A stretch of 64,000 nucleotides of DNA from Malacoraja senta (Eukaryota), in assembly GCA_038087875.1 (NCBI GenBank), contig CM075989.1, positions 558,001 through 622,000 of the forward strand. The letters run 5' to 3'. This document shows, piece by piece, positions 40,501 through 53,200 of the stretch (the first letter of the stretch is position 1; each line of letters begins with the position of its first letter). The position numbers and the translations under genes are program-made. The notes under the pieces are model-generated. The model did not search any database, was not told the DNA's origin, and saw only the letters and a list, made by a program, of their open reading frames with translations.

Positions 40501-42960
40501 CCTGATGGTTTTCATCCCAGGGTACTTAAGTAGGAGGCTCTAGAAATCATGGACGCATTGTGTGATCATTTTCCAATGTTCTATAGATTCAGGATCAGTT
40601 CCTGTGAATAATGTTATTCCACTTTTTAAGAAAGGCGGGAGAGAGAAAACAGTGAATTATAGACCAGTTAGCCTGACGTTGGTGGTGGGGAAGATGCTTG
40701 GGTCAATTATAAAAGATGAAATAGCAGCATATGTAGATAGCAGTAACAGGTTCAGTCCGAGTCAGCATGGATTTATGAAGGGGAAATCATGCTTGACTAA
40801 TCTTCTGGAATTTTTTGAGGATGTAACTAGGAAAATGGACAAGGGAGAGCCAGTGGATGTAATGATAATAATAATGATGGATTGGATTTATATAGCGCCT
40901 TTCTAATACCCAAGGCGCTTTACATCGCATTATTCATTCACTCCTCAGTCACACTCGGTGGTGGTGAGCTACTTCTGTAGCCACAGCTGCCCTGGGGCAG
41001 ACTGACGGAAGCGTGGCTGCTAATCTGCGCCTACGGCCCCTCCGACCACCACCAATCACTCACACACATTCACACACATTCACACACATTCACACGCAGG
41101 CAAAGGTGGGTGAAGTGTCTTGCCCAAGGACACAACGACAGTATGCACTCCAAGCGGGATTCGAACCGGCTACCTTCCGGTTGCCAGCCGAACACTTAGC
41201 CCATTGCGCCATCTGTCGTCCAACCTGGAGTGTACCTGGACTTTCAGAAAGCCTTTGATAAGGTCCCACATAGCAGATTAATGGGCAAAATTAGGGCACA
41301 TGGTATTGGGGGTAGAGTGCTGACATGGATAGAAAATTGGCTGGCAGACAGGAAACAAAGAGTAGGGATTAACGGGTCCCTTTCAGAATGGCAGATTACT
41401 ATCTACATGGTGACAAGTTGGGAAAAGGGGAAGTACAAAGGGATCTGGGTGTACTTGTTCATCAGTCAATGAAAGTAAGCATGCAGGTACAGCAGGCAGT
41501 GAAGAAGGCCTGTATAACAAGAGGAGTTGAGTATAGGAGCAAAGAGGTCCTTCTGCAGTTGTATAGGGCCCTAGTGAGACCACACCTGGAGTATTATGTG
41601 CAGTTTTGGACCTCTCATTTCAGGACCAAACATCCTGCCCCCCTCCTCTTTACCCCAGCCCCCAAATAATCATGCTGTGCACATATTCTTGCTATTGAGG
41701 GAGTGCAGCATAAGTTTACAAGATTAATTCCCGGGATGGCGGGACTGTCATATACTGAGAGAATGGAGTGGCTGGGTTTGTATACTCTGGAGTTTAGAAC
41801 GATGAGAGGATATGTTATTGAAACATATAAGATTATTAAGGGTTTGGACACACTAGAGGCAGGAAACATGTTCCCAATGTTGGGGGAGACCAGAACAAGG
41901 GGCCACAGTTTAAGAATAAGGGGTAAGCCATTTAGAACATAGGCAAGGAAACACTTTTTCTCACAGAGAATTGTGAGTCTGTGGAATTCTCTGCCGCAGA
42001 GGGCGATGGAGGCCGGTTCTCTGGATATTTTCAAGAGAGAGCTAGATAGGGCTCGATAGGGCTCTTAAATATTATGGAGTCAGGGGATATGGGGAGAAGG
42101 CAGGAACGGGGAACTGATTGGGGATGATCAGCCATGATCACATTGGGTGGCGGTGCTGGCTCGAACTTAAAGAAAGGTAACTTTGAGGGTATGAGACGTG
42201 AATTGGACAAGATTGACTGGCAATTAGTTCTAAAAGGGTTGACGGTGGATATGCAATGGAAGGCATTTAAAGACTGCATGGATGAACTACAAAAATTGTT
42301 CATCCCAGTTTGGCAAAAGAATAAATCAGGGAAGGTAGTGCATCCGTGGATAACAAGGGAAATCAGGGATAGTATCAAAGCAAAAGATGATGCGTACAAA
42401 TTAGCCAGAAAAAGCAGCATACCAGAGGACTGGGAGAAATTCAGAGACCAGCAGAGGAGGACAAAGGGCGTAATTAGGAAAGGGAAAATAGATTATGAAA
42501 GAAAACTGGCAGGGAACATAAAAACTGACTGCAAAAGTTTTTATAGATAAGTGAAGAGAAAGAGATTAGTTAAAACAAATGTAGGTCCCTTGCGGTCAGA
42601 AACAGGTGAATTGATCATGGGGAACAAGGATATGGTGGACCAATTGAATAACTACTTTGGTTCCGTCTTCACTAAGGAAGACATAAATAATCTGCCGGAA
42701 ATAGCAGGGGACCGCGGGTCAAAGGAGATGGAGGAACTGAGTGAAATCCAGGTTAGTCGGGAAGTGATGTTGGATAAATTGAATGGATTAAAGGCCGATA
42801 AATCACCAGGGCCAAATAGGCTGCATCCCAGAGTACTTAAGGAAGTAGCTCCAGAAATAGTGGATGCATTAGTGATAATTTTTCAAAACTCCTATTTTCT
42901 ATGTATCTATGTATCTATGGCCGAATGACCTGCTCGTGCACCTATTGTCTATAGTCTATC
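40501..42960 (+). mobile_element. Decayed CR1 LINE with nested SINE and nested internally deleted CR1 (42163-42920)
   Basis: RT motifs [17 protein letters not shown] and C-terminal motifs; two separate 3' tails. Confidence 0.9.
40861..41220 (-). mobile_element. tRNA-derived CORE-type SINE with L2-like tail
   Basis: Minus strand has A box TGGCGCAATGG, B box GGTTCGAATCCC, CORE-like TGTGTCCTTGGGCAAGACACTT and tail AAAGGCGCTATATAAATCC..(ATT)n. Confidence 0.85.
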
Positions 42961-43213
42961 ACACAAATATCGTGCAAGACAATCAAGACTTTATTCAAGA
43001 GCGTCAAATACAGTGATCACTGGGTGCAATCTAGGAGATTGCTCAACGAACAAAGATTCATCTGCTCCTTATACACAGACTTCCCTTTTGATCTTCTGTT
43101 TATCAATTCAAGCACTAGAAGTTTTCCTTCTTCCAAATGGTCTTATAACAAATATACATCGTCCACCTCCAAAAGATACAGCAGCGTAAACACAGCCCAA
43201 TTCCACACCATCA

Positions 43214-46200
43214 CATAGATACATAGATACATAGAAAATAGGTGCAGTAGGCCATTCGGCCCTTCGAGCCTGCACCGCCATTCAATATGATCATGGCTGA
43301 TCATCCAACTCAGTATCCCGTACCTGCCTTCTCTCCATACCCCCTGATCCCTTTAGCCACAAGGGCCACATCTAACTCCCTCTTAAATATAGCCAATGAA
43401 CTGGCCTCAACTACCCTCTGTGGCAGAGAGTTCCAGAGATTCACCACTCTCTGTGTGAAAAAGATTTTCCTCATCTCGATCTTAAAGGATTTCCCCCTTA
43501 TCCTTAAGCTGTGACCCCTTGTCCTGGACTTCCCCAACATCGGGAATAATCTTCCTGCATCTAGCCTGTCCAACCCCATAAGAATTTTGTACGTTTCTAT
43601 AAGATCCCCTCTCAATCTCCTAAATTCTAGCGAGTATAAGCCAAGTCTATCCAGTCTTTCTTCATATGAAAGTCCTGACATCCCAGGAATCAGTCTGGTG
43701 AACCTTCTCTGCACTCCGTCTATGGCTATAATGTCCTTCCTCAGATTTGGAGACCAAAACTGTACGCAATACTCCAGGTGTGGTCTCACCAAGACCCTGT
43801 ACAACTGCAGTAGAACCTCCCTGCTCCTGTACTCAAATCCTTTTGCTATGAAAGCTAACATACCATTCGCTTTCTTCACTGCCTGCTGCACCTGCATGCC
43901 TACTTTCAATGACTGGTGTACCATGACACCCAGGTCTCTCTGCATCTCCCCATTTCCTAATCGGCCACCATTTAGATAATAGTCTGCTTTCCTGTTTTTG
44001 CCACCAAAGTGGATAACCTCACATTTATCCACATTATACTGCATCTGCCAAACATTTGCCCACTCACCCAGCCTATACAAGTCACCTTGCAGTCTCCTAG
44101 CATCCTCCTCACAGCTTAGTGCCATCCGCAAACTTGGAGATGTTGCCTTCAATTCCCTCATCCAGTTCATTAATATAAATTGTAAATAGCTGGGGTCCCA
44201 GCACTGAGCCTTGCGGTACCCCACTAGTCACTGCCTGCCATTGTGAAAAGGAACCGTTTACTCCTACTCTTTGCTTCCTGTTTGCCAGCCAGTTCTCTAT
44301 CCACATCAATACTGAACCCCAAAACCGTGTGCTTTAAGTTTGTATACTAATCTCTTATGTGGTACCTTGTCGAAAGCCTTCTGAAAATCCAGATACAACA
44401 CATCCACTGGTTCTCCCCTATCCACTCTACTAGTTACATCCTCGAAAAATTCTATAAGATTCGTCAGACATGATTTACCTTTCGTAAATCCATGCTGACT
44501 TTGTCCAATGATTTCACCACTTTCCAAATGTGCTGCTATCCCATCTTTAATAACTGACTCTAGCAGTTTCCCCACTACCGATGTTAGACTAACTGGTCTG
44601 TAATTCCGCATTTTCTCTCCCCCTCCCTTCTTAAAAAGTGGGGTTACGTTTGCTACCCTCCAATCCTCAGGAACTACTCCAGAATCTAAAGAGTTTTGAA
44701 AAATTATCACTAATGCATCCACTATTTCTGGAGCTACTTCCTTAAGTACTCTGGGATGCAGCCTATCTGGCCCTGGTGATTTATCGGCCTTTAATCCATT
44801 CAATTTACCCAACACCACTTCGCGACTAACCTGGATTTCACTCAGTTCCTCCATCTCCTTTGACCCGCGGCCCCCTGCTATTTCCGGCAGATAAATTATG
44901 TCTTCCTGAGTGAAGACGGAACCAAAGTAGTTATTCAATTGGTCCGCCATACCCTTGTTCCCCATGATCAATTCACCTATTTCTGACTGCAAGGGACCTA
45001 CATTTGTTTTAAATAATCTCTTTCTCTTCACATATCTATAAAAACTTTTGCAGTCGGTTTTTATGTTCCCTGCAAGCTTTCTTTCATAATCTATTTCCCC
45101 TTTCCTAATTAAGCCCTTTGTCCTCCTCTGCTGGTCTCTGAATTTCTCCCAGTCCTCTGGTATGCTGCTTTTTCTGGCTAATTTGTACGCATCATCTTTT
45201 GCTTTGATACTATCCCTGATTTCCCTTGTTATCCACGGATGCACTACCTTCGCTGATTTATTCTTTTGCCAAACTGGGATGAACAATTTTTGTAGTTCAT
45301 CCATGCAGTCTTTAAATGCCATCCATTGCATATCCACCGTCAACCCTTTTAGAACTAATTGCCAGTCAATCTTGGCCAATTCACGTCTCATACCCTCAAA
45401 GTTACCTTTCTTTACGTTCAGAACCATTGTTTCTGAATTAACAATGTCACTCTCCATCCTAATGAAGAACTCAACCATATTATGGTCACTCTTGCCCAAG
45501 GGGGCACGCACGACAAGACTGCTAATTAACCCTTCCTCATTACTCAATACCAGGTCTAGAATAGCCTGCTCTCTCGTTGGTTCCTCTACATGTTGGTTTA
45601 GATAACTATCCCGCATACATTCTGAGAAATCCTCTTCCTCAGCACCACTGCCAATTTGATTCACCCAATCTATATGTAGATTGAAGTCACCCATTATAAC
45701 TGTTTTGCCTTTGTTGCACGCATTTCTAATTTCCTGTTTGATGCCATCCCCAACTTCACTACTGCTGCTAGGTGGCCTGTAGACAACACCCACCAGCGTT
45801 TTCTGCCCCTTAGTGTTTCGCAGCTCTACCCATACCGATTCCACATCCTCCAAGCAAATGTCCTTCCTTTCCACTGCGTTAATCTCCTCTCTAACCAGCA
45901 ACGCTACCCCACCTTCTTTTCCTTTCTCTCTATCCCTCCTGAATATTGAATATCCCTGGATGTTCAGCTCCCAGCCTTGGTCACCCTGGAGCCATGTCTC
46001 CGTGATCCCAAGTATATCATAATCATTAATTGCTATCTGCACGTTCAACTCATCCACCTTATTACGAATGGTCCTTGCATTGAGACACAAAGCCTTCAGG
46101 CTTGTTTTTACAACGTTCTTACCCCTTATACAATTATGTTGAAAAGTGGCCCTTTTTGATTTTTGCCCTGGATTTGTCTGCCTGCCACTTTTACTTTTCA

Positions 46201-47434
46201 TCTTGCTACCTATTGCTTCCGCCCGCATTTTACACCCCTCTGTTTCTCTGCTCACCCATTTAAGAACCCCACCACCTCTTATTCTCTGTTTATTATTGTT
46301 TTCTTCTTTCCCCCCTACATGTTGGGTCTGAGTGCTTTCCTTCTCTGCCTCCTGCCTCACACACTGTCTAATAGCATTCTCTATTTGAGTCCCTCCCCCC
46401 AACCATTCTAGTTTAAAGTCTCCCCAGTAGCCTTTGCAGATCTCCCCGCCAGGATATCGGTCCCCCTCAGGTTCAAGTGCAACCCATCCTTTTTGTACAG
46501 GTCGCACCTTCTACAAAAGAGGTCCCAATGATCCAGAAATTTGAATCCCTGCCTTCTGCACCAGTCCTTCAGCCACACATTTATCCTCCAACTCGCTCCA
46601 TTCCTACTCTCACTGTCACGTGGCACAGGCAGTAATCCCGAGATTGTTACCTTTGCTGTCCTTCTCTTTAACTCCCCTCCTAACTCCCTAAATTCTCCTT
46701 TCAGGACCTCTTCTCTTTTTTTACCTATGTCATTGGTACCTATATGTACCACGACCTCGGGCTCCTCTCCCTGCCCTTTCAGGATATCTTGGACATGTTG
46801 GGACACATCACAGACCCTGGCACCAGGGAGGCAAACTACCATCCGGGTCTCCCGACTGCGTCCACAGAATCGCCTGTCTGACACCCTAACTATAGAGTCC
46901 CCTATTAGTATTGCCCTCCTCTTCTTTTCCTTGCCCTTCTGAGCAACAGGACCGGTCTCTATACCGGAGGCCCGGCCGCTGTCGCTACCCCCAGGTAGGC
47001 TGTCCCCCCCAATAGTGCTCAAACAGGAGTACTTATTGTCAAGGTGTACAGCCACCGGGGTACTCTCTAGTCCCTGCCTGTGCCCCTTGCCTCTCCCAAC
47101 CGTGATCCACTTGCCTGCCTCCTGTGGTCTTGGAGTGACCACCTCCCTGTAACTCCTCTCAATGACTTCCTCGCTCTCCCAGACCAGACGGAGGTCATCG
47201 AGCTGCTGCTCCAGGTTCTTAATACGGTCCATTAGGAGCCCCATCTCGATACACCTGGCGCAGATGTGGACGTCTGGAGGGCTATCAGACTCCATGACTT
47301 CCCACATCTGACATCCAGAACAGTAAACTGCCCTGGCCCTCATACTCCCCTTACCTAGGATACAATACAAAACAAACTGCTACAATACAAAACAAACTGC
47401 TACAATACAAAACAAACTGCTACAATACAGTACA
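43214..47434 (-). mobile_element. Near-intact CR1 LINE: ORF1 (46408-47370, Zn-finger/coiled-coil + SGNH esterase) and ORF2 (EN+RT, disrupted near 44100-44320)
   Basis: ORF1 CxxC..CxxC, GDS, PGA, HIGTND, DGLH. A 733-aa open ORF2 segment plus a 304-aa C-terminal frame. (TATCTATG)n tail. Confidence 0.95.
47361..47434 (+). repeat. 20-bp tandem repeat (tacaatacaaaacaaactgc x3 + partial) at the CR1 5' end
   Basis: Direct reading. Confidence 0.9.
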
Positions 47435-47544
47435 ATCAGCAGGGATCTGACTAAATCTGACTAAATCACTGATAAGCAACTGTCCTGTTACCCTTTCGAC
47501 CTTATTTTATTGTTTTACGATTGCCATTTGTCCTTTGACAACAG

Positions 47545-47568
47545 AGAACAGAATTAAAGTAAACTGCA
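47545..47568 (+). other. Candidate 24-nt 5'UTR micro-exon of the Siglec-like gene
   Basis: T-rich tract ending 'tcctttgacaacag|' and donor '|gtgagt' in non-repeat sequence upstream of the leader exon. The leader exon has an acceptor, so it needs an upstream exon. Confidence 0.35.
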
Positions 47569-48389
47569 GTGAGTGTCGGCTACGCATGCTCAGTTTCAAC
47601 CTTCTTTAAAGCACTGAATTATGATAACGCATGAAAGGACTTTAAACATTTTAAGCTCTACCTATCCCTATCCCTTTCTGTCTTCTTGAAGCTTTGTAAT
47701 TTATCTTTGTCAACCTCTTTGATAGTCACAGCGTGTACACGTGCTCTGCTCAGATGGAAGTGATCTGTGAAACAAAAAGTTTGTGGCTTTTTGACAAATT
47801 GGCAGCTGCTGTTCTAAATAAAGAAAAAGTAACCACAAGCCCAAAGCCACCTCATCCATTTCCTGCACCACACCAAGACTCACATCCCACAGACTCATGA
47901 CTCGTGTCCCGCTTCCCCTGGACACTCACTCAGTCCCTCAAGTATCTCAGCCTGACCGGCTGCAGCTGAGAGGACAAGCTGGTTGCCTGTGATCCTGATC
48001 AACCCCACACCTTCCTGGGTGAGGACTGGACATTGTGAACAACACTGTCCTTGTTCAGAAAGGAATGAGGGACTTGACAACAGGTACAGCACAACGGTAA
48101 GAATACTGAATTCTCCAGTTGCAAGTAATACATCCTGCCCCCTCCTCTTTTCCCAGACCCCAAATAATCCTGCTGTGCACATATTTCTACAACCATCTCC
48201 CATCACCCTGCTCACTCTGCTTCTTTCCCCTCCTCCCTTTGCTCATATCCCATCCCTCAGTCCAATATTTCCCCTTTATCCCCCTTCTTTCCCCACTACC
48301 CTGTCCTTTCCACCCATATCCCTTGCTCCAGCTTCATATTTCACTCCTCATCTGGGCTGCTCCAAAAGATTAAGAAGCACAGGACCCAT

Positions 48390-48609
48390 GTTGAAGGTGG
48401 ACACAAAATGCTGGAGTAACTCAGCGAGACAGGCAGCATCTCTGGAGAGAGAAAATGGGTGACGTTTCAGGTCGAGACCCGTCTTCAGACTAGTCTGAAG
48501 AACTAGTCTGAAGAAGGGTCTCGACCCAAAACAACGTCTAGTCTGAGTTACTCCAGCATTTTGTGTCTATCTTCAGTTTAAACCAGCACCTGCAGTTCCT
48601 TCCTACACA
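48390..48609. mobile_element. Palindromic Penelope pLTR-derived element with hammerhead-like cores
   Basis: Arms 'gacacaaaatgctggagtaactcag' / 'ctgagttactccagcattttgtgtc'. The centre carries CTGAAGA..GGGTCTCGACC..GAAAC motifs on both strands. Confidence 0.75.
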
Positions 48610-48639
48610 TGTTTAGATTTAGAACTGACTTACTCATAG

Positions 48640-49212
48640 AAGACAGAAGTTTGTAGTGAAAGGGTATTATTCTAATTGGAGGTCTGCGACCAGTGTAGTT
48701 CCACAAGGATCTGTGCTGAGGCATCTGTTGTTTCTGATATACATCGATATATATATATGAACAAGTCAAAAGTAAATGTAGATGGGTTGGTTAGCAAATT
48801 TGCAGACACCACCAAGATTGCTGGAGTTGCAAACTTTGAGGAAGGCTGTCAAAGTATACAGATACAGATCAGTGACAGCAATGGGTGGAGAAATGGCAGA
48901 TGGAATTTAATGCCAGCAAATGTGAGGTGTTGCACTTTGGGAGGTCAAATGCAAGGGGAAAATATACAATTAATGGAAAGACATTTAACTGTACTGACGT
49001 ACGGAGGAATCATGGGTTACAAGTCCACAACCTGTAAGTAACAACACAAGATAGAGTAGTGAATAACGCTTGCCTTCATTGTTCGGGGTATGGAGTATAA
49101 GTGTCAGAAAGTTATGATACAGCTTTATAGGCCGCATTTGGAGGAATAATTGCCCCCAGTGTGAGAAGGATGTACAGGCTTTGGAAAGGGCGAGGACGAG
49201 GTTTACCAGAAC
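48640..49212 (+). mobile_element. Old CR1 fragment
   Basis: Degenerate 'VSKFADTTKI' and downstream CR1 motifs. Confidence 0.7.
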
Positions 49213-50186
49213 CCATTGATTATTGGAGCCCCTCCGCTGGGTCCTCCCTTTGTTCTCGACGGTCCACCTCGCTCTAAGTTCCCTCCTCACTCTTGGTGAC
49301 GCAGGTTCCATCGACACTGGTGGCTCAGGACCAAGTTCGCTGGAGAGCCAGGTCTACCGGTGGGTCCTCCATTCTTGGTCTGCCGTGGGTGATTCTCGGT
49401 CCTCTGACTGTGGTGAGCAGGAGCTCAGTCCACGTTGGGCGTCTCCTCCAATGTCGTGGTCGTGAGCCGGGCTTCCTTGACGGGATCCTCCCACTTGCTG
49501 GGACCCGACCAGAACCGTCATCTTACTACTCCCTCCACAAATGCTGCCTGACCCACTGAGTTCTTCCAGCACTTTGTTGTTTTAACCCAAGATTTTAGCT
49601 TGTGCTGTGTCCTGTATCTCTGTGATAATTTCTAAACTCATTATTCATGCCTGGTTTCCAGGGTCTGAGCAGTGGGGGACAACTCCGTCAATGGGTGGGT
49701 CTGGGGATGGCTGTCAAAGCCATTCTGTAAGTCCAGCGGTCACTGAACATAAGTTCATAAGTCACAGGAGCAAATGGGCCATTCGGCCCATCGAGCCTAC
49801 TCCACCATTCAATCATAGCTGATCTATCTTTCCCTTTCAACTCCATTCTCCTGACTTCTCCCCATAACACCAGACACCCGTACTAATCAAGAATCTGTCA
49901 ATCTCCAGGATAGAATGTACAGAAGACTAGGAGAGGCCCTGGCCTGGCCCAGGACACTGCGATAGGAGCCGGCTTCCAGAGGGAGACTGTACCTGGGACA
50001 ACTCTGGAGGGACAGTGGGGTCCAAGCGCAGACAGCAGCAGTTTTGGGTCAGGGGAAGATCAGCCCCACTGTCCAGCAGCAGTTGGAATCTCTCGAGAGC
50101 TGCCGGGCAGGTGGAGAGATATCATTAACTATTCTCTTTTCCAGACCTGGAGAGTGGAAAACTGACGGGATATGTGGGATCGGACA

Positions 50187-50226
50187 ATGATGGGGAAATC
50201 GTACTTCTTCCTGTCACTTCTCCAAG
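50187..50226 (+). CDS. Siglec/MAG-like gene, signal-peptide exon (exon 50145-50226; coding MMGKSYFFLSLLQ, alternative in-frame ATG at 50172)
   Basis: Acceptor 'attctcttttccag' ends at 50144. An in-frame TGA at 50163 precedes ATGs at 50172/50187/50190. Hydrophobic leader, then a phase-1 donor CAAG|gtacca at 50227. Joins in frame to the V-set exon, giving ...LSLLQAAVSKEW. Not in the ORF track. Confidence 0.85.
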
Positions 50227-50245
50227 GTACCATCAGCAACAGCTT

Positions 50246-53200
50246 ACATAGATACATAGAAAATAGGTGCAGGAGTAGGCCATTCGGCCCTTCGAGCCTG
50301 CACCGCCATTCAATATGATCATGGCTGATCATCCAACTCAGTATCCCGTACCTGCCTTCTCTCCATACCCCCCTGATCCCTTTAGCCACAAGAGCCACAT
50401 TTAACTCCCTCTTAAATATAGCCAATGAACTGGCCTCAACTACCCTCTGTGGCAGAGAGTTCCAGAGATTCACCACTCTCTGTGTGAAAAAGTTTTTCCT
50501 CATCTCGGTCTTAAAGGATTTCCCCCTTATCCTTAAGCTGTGACCCCTTTTCCTGGACTTCCCCAACATCGGGAACAATCTTGCTGCATCCCACCCCATA
50601 AGAATTTTGTACGTTTCTATAAGATCCCCTCTCAATCTCCTAAATTCTAGCGAGTATAAGCCAAGTCTATCCAGTCTTTCTTCATATGAAAGTTCTGACA
50701 TCCCAGGAATCAGTCTGGTGAAACTTCTCTGCACTCCCTCTATGGCTATAATGTCCTTCCTCAGATTTGGAGACCAAAACTGTACGCAATACTCCAGGTG
50801 TGGTCTCACCAAGACCCTGTACAACTGCAGTAGAACCTCCCTGCCCCTATACTCAAATCCTCTTGCTATGAAAGCCAACATACCATTCGCTTTCTTTACT
50901 GCCTGCTGCACCTGCATGCCTACTTTCAATGACACCCAGGTCTCGCTGCATCTCCCCATTTCCTAATCGGCCACCATTTAGATAATAGTCTGCCTTCCCG
51001 TTTTTGCCACCAAAGTGGATAACCTCACATTTATCCACATTATAATGCATCTGCCAAACATTTGCCCACTCACCCAGCCTATCCAAGTCACCTTGCAGTC
51101 TCCTAGCATCCTACTCACAGCTAACACTGCCCCCCAGCTTAGTGTCATCCACAAACTTGGAGATGTTGCTTTCAATTCCCTCATCCAGTTCATTAATATA
51201 AATTGTAAATAGCTGGGGTCCCAGCATTGAGCCTTGCGGTACCCCACTAGTCACTGCCTGCCATTGTGAAAAGGACCCGTTTACTCCTACTCTTGGCTTC
51301 CTGTTTGCCAGCCAGTTCTCTATCCTCATCAATACTGAACCCCCAATACCGTGTGATTTAAGTTTGTATCCTAATCTCTTATGTGGTACCTTGTCGAAAG
51401 CCTTCTGAAAGTCCAGATACAACACATCCACTGGTTCTCCCCTATCCACTCTACTATTTACATCCTCGAAAAATTCTATAAGGTTCGTCAGACACGATTT
51501 ACCTTTCGTAAATCCATGCTGACTTTGTCCAATGATTTCACCACTTTCCAAATGTGCTGCTATCCCATCTTTAATAACTGACTCTAGCAGTTTCCCCACT
51601 ACCGATGTTAGACTAACTGGTCTGTAATTCCCCGTTTTCTCTCTCCCTCCTATCTTAAAAAGTGGGGTAACGTTTGCTACCCTCCAATCCTCAGGAACTA
51701 CTCCAGAATCTAAAGTGTTTTTGAAAAATTATCACTAATGCATCCACTATTTCTGGAGCCCGGCCCGAGGCTGAAGATGGCACGGTACTCACGTGAGAGT
51801 GGCTGGGACGGTGTTCTGGCGGTGGTGGCCTGAGTCCGGGGTTCGGCCGCGGGCCAGCAGCTGCATCTGCAGGACTGGTGGGTGGCAACTTCGACCACCC
51901 CGGGCCGCGGTGTTTGAGCCGCGGGAAACATCGCCCGCGGGTATCGCCTCAGCGCAGAGGGAGAAGAGGAGGGAAGAGACTGCAGACCTAAGACTTTTGC
52001 CTCCATCACAGTGAGGAGATGTTGGGTGGACTCACTGTGGTGGATGTTAATATGTGTTTATTGTTGTTTTATGTATGACTGTTGCAATTTCGTTCAGACT
52101 TCGGTCTGAATGACAATAAAGGGCTATCTAATCTATTTCCTTAAGTACTCTGGGATGCAGCCTATCTGGCCCTGGTGATTTATCGGCCTTTAATCCATTC
52201 AATTTACCCAACACCACTTCCCGACTAACCTGGATTTCACTCAGTTCCTCCGCGGTCCCCTGCTATTTCCGGACGATTATTTATGTCTTCCTTAGTGAAG
52301 ACGGAACCAAAGTAGTTATTCAATTGGTCTGCCATATCCTTGTTCCCCATGATCAATTCACCTGTTTCTGACTGCAAGGGACCTACATTTGTTTTAACTA
52401 ATCTCTTTCTCTTCACAAACCTATAAAATCTTTTGCAGTCAGTTTTTATGTTCCCTGCCAGTTTTCTTTCATAATCTATTTTCCCTTTCCTAATTAAGCC
52501 CTTTGTCCTCCTCTGCTGGTCTCTGAATTTCTCCCAGTCCTCTGGTATGCTGCTTTTTCTGGATAATTTGTACGCATCATCATTTGCTTTGATACTATCC
52601 CTGATTTCCCTTGTTATCCACGGATGCACTACCTTCCCTGATTTATTATTTTGCCAAACTGGGATGAACAATTTTTGTAGTTCATCCATGCAGTCTTTAA
52701 ATGCCTTCCATTGCATATCCACCGTCAACCCTTTTAGAACTAATTGCCAGTCAATCTTGGCCAATTCACGTCTCATTCCCTCAAAGTTACCTTTCTTTAA
52801 GTTCAGAACCGTTGTTTCTGAATTAACAATGTCACTCTCCATCCTAATGAAGAACTCAACCATATTATGGTCACTTGCCCAAGGGGGCACGCACGACAAG
52901 ACTGCTAACTAACCCTTCCTCATTACTCAATACCCAGTCTAGAATAGCCTGCTCTCTCGTTGGTTCCTCTACATGTTGGTTTAGATAACTATCCCGCATA
53001 CATTCCAAGAAATCCTCTTCCTCAGCACCACTGCCAATTTGATTCACCCAATCTATATGTAGATTGAAGTCACCCATTATAACTGTTTTGCCTTTGTTGC
53101 ACGCATTTCTAATTTCCTGCTTGATGCCATCCCCAACTTCACTACTACTGCTAGGTGGCCTGTACACAACACCCACCAGCGTTTTCTGCCCCTTAGTGTT

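Noticed and set aside
41150..41220. tRNA gene
   Set aside because: The A/B boxes are the head of a SINE that continues into CORE-like and LINE-tail sequence.
49217..49520. GC-richer unassigned segment with short ORFs
   Set aside because: No recognisable domain, termini or splice structure; cannot be supported as a feature.
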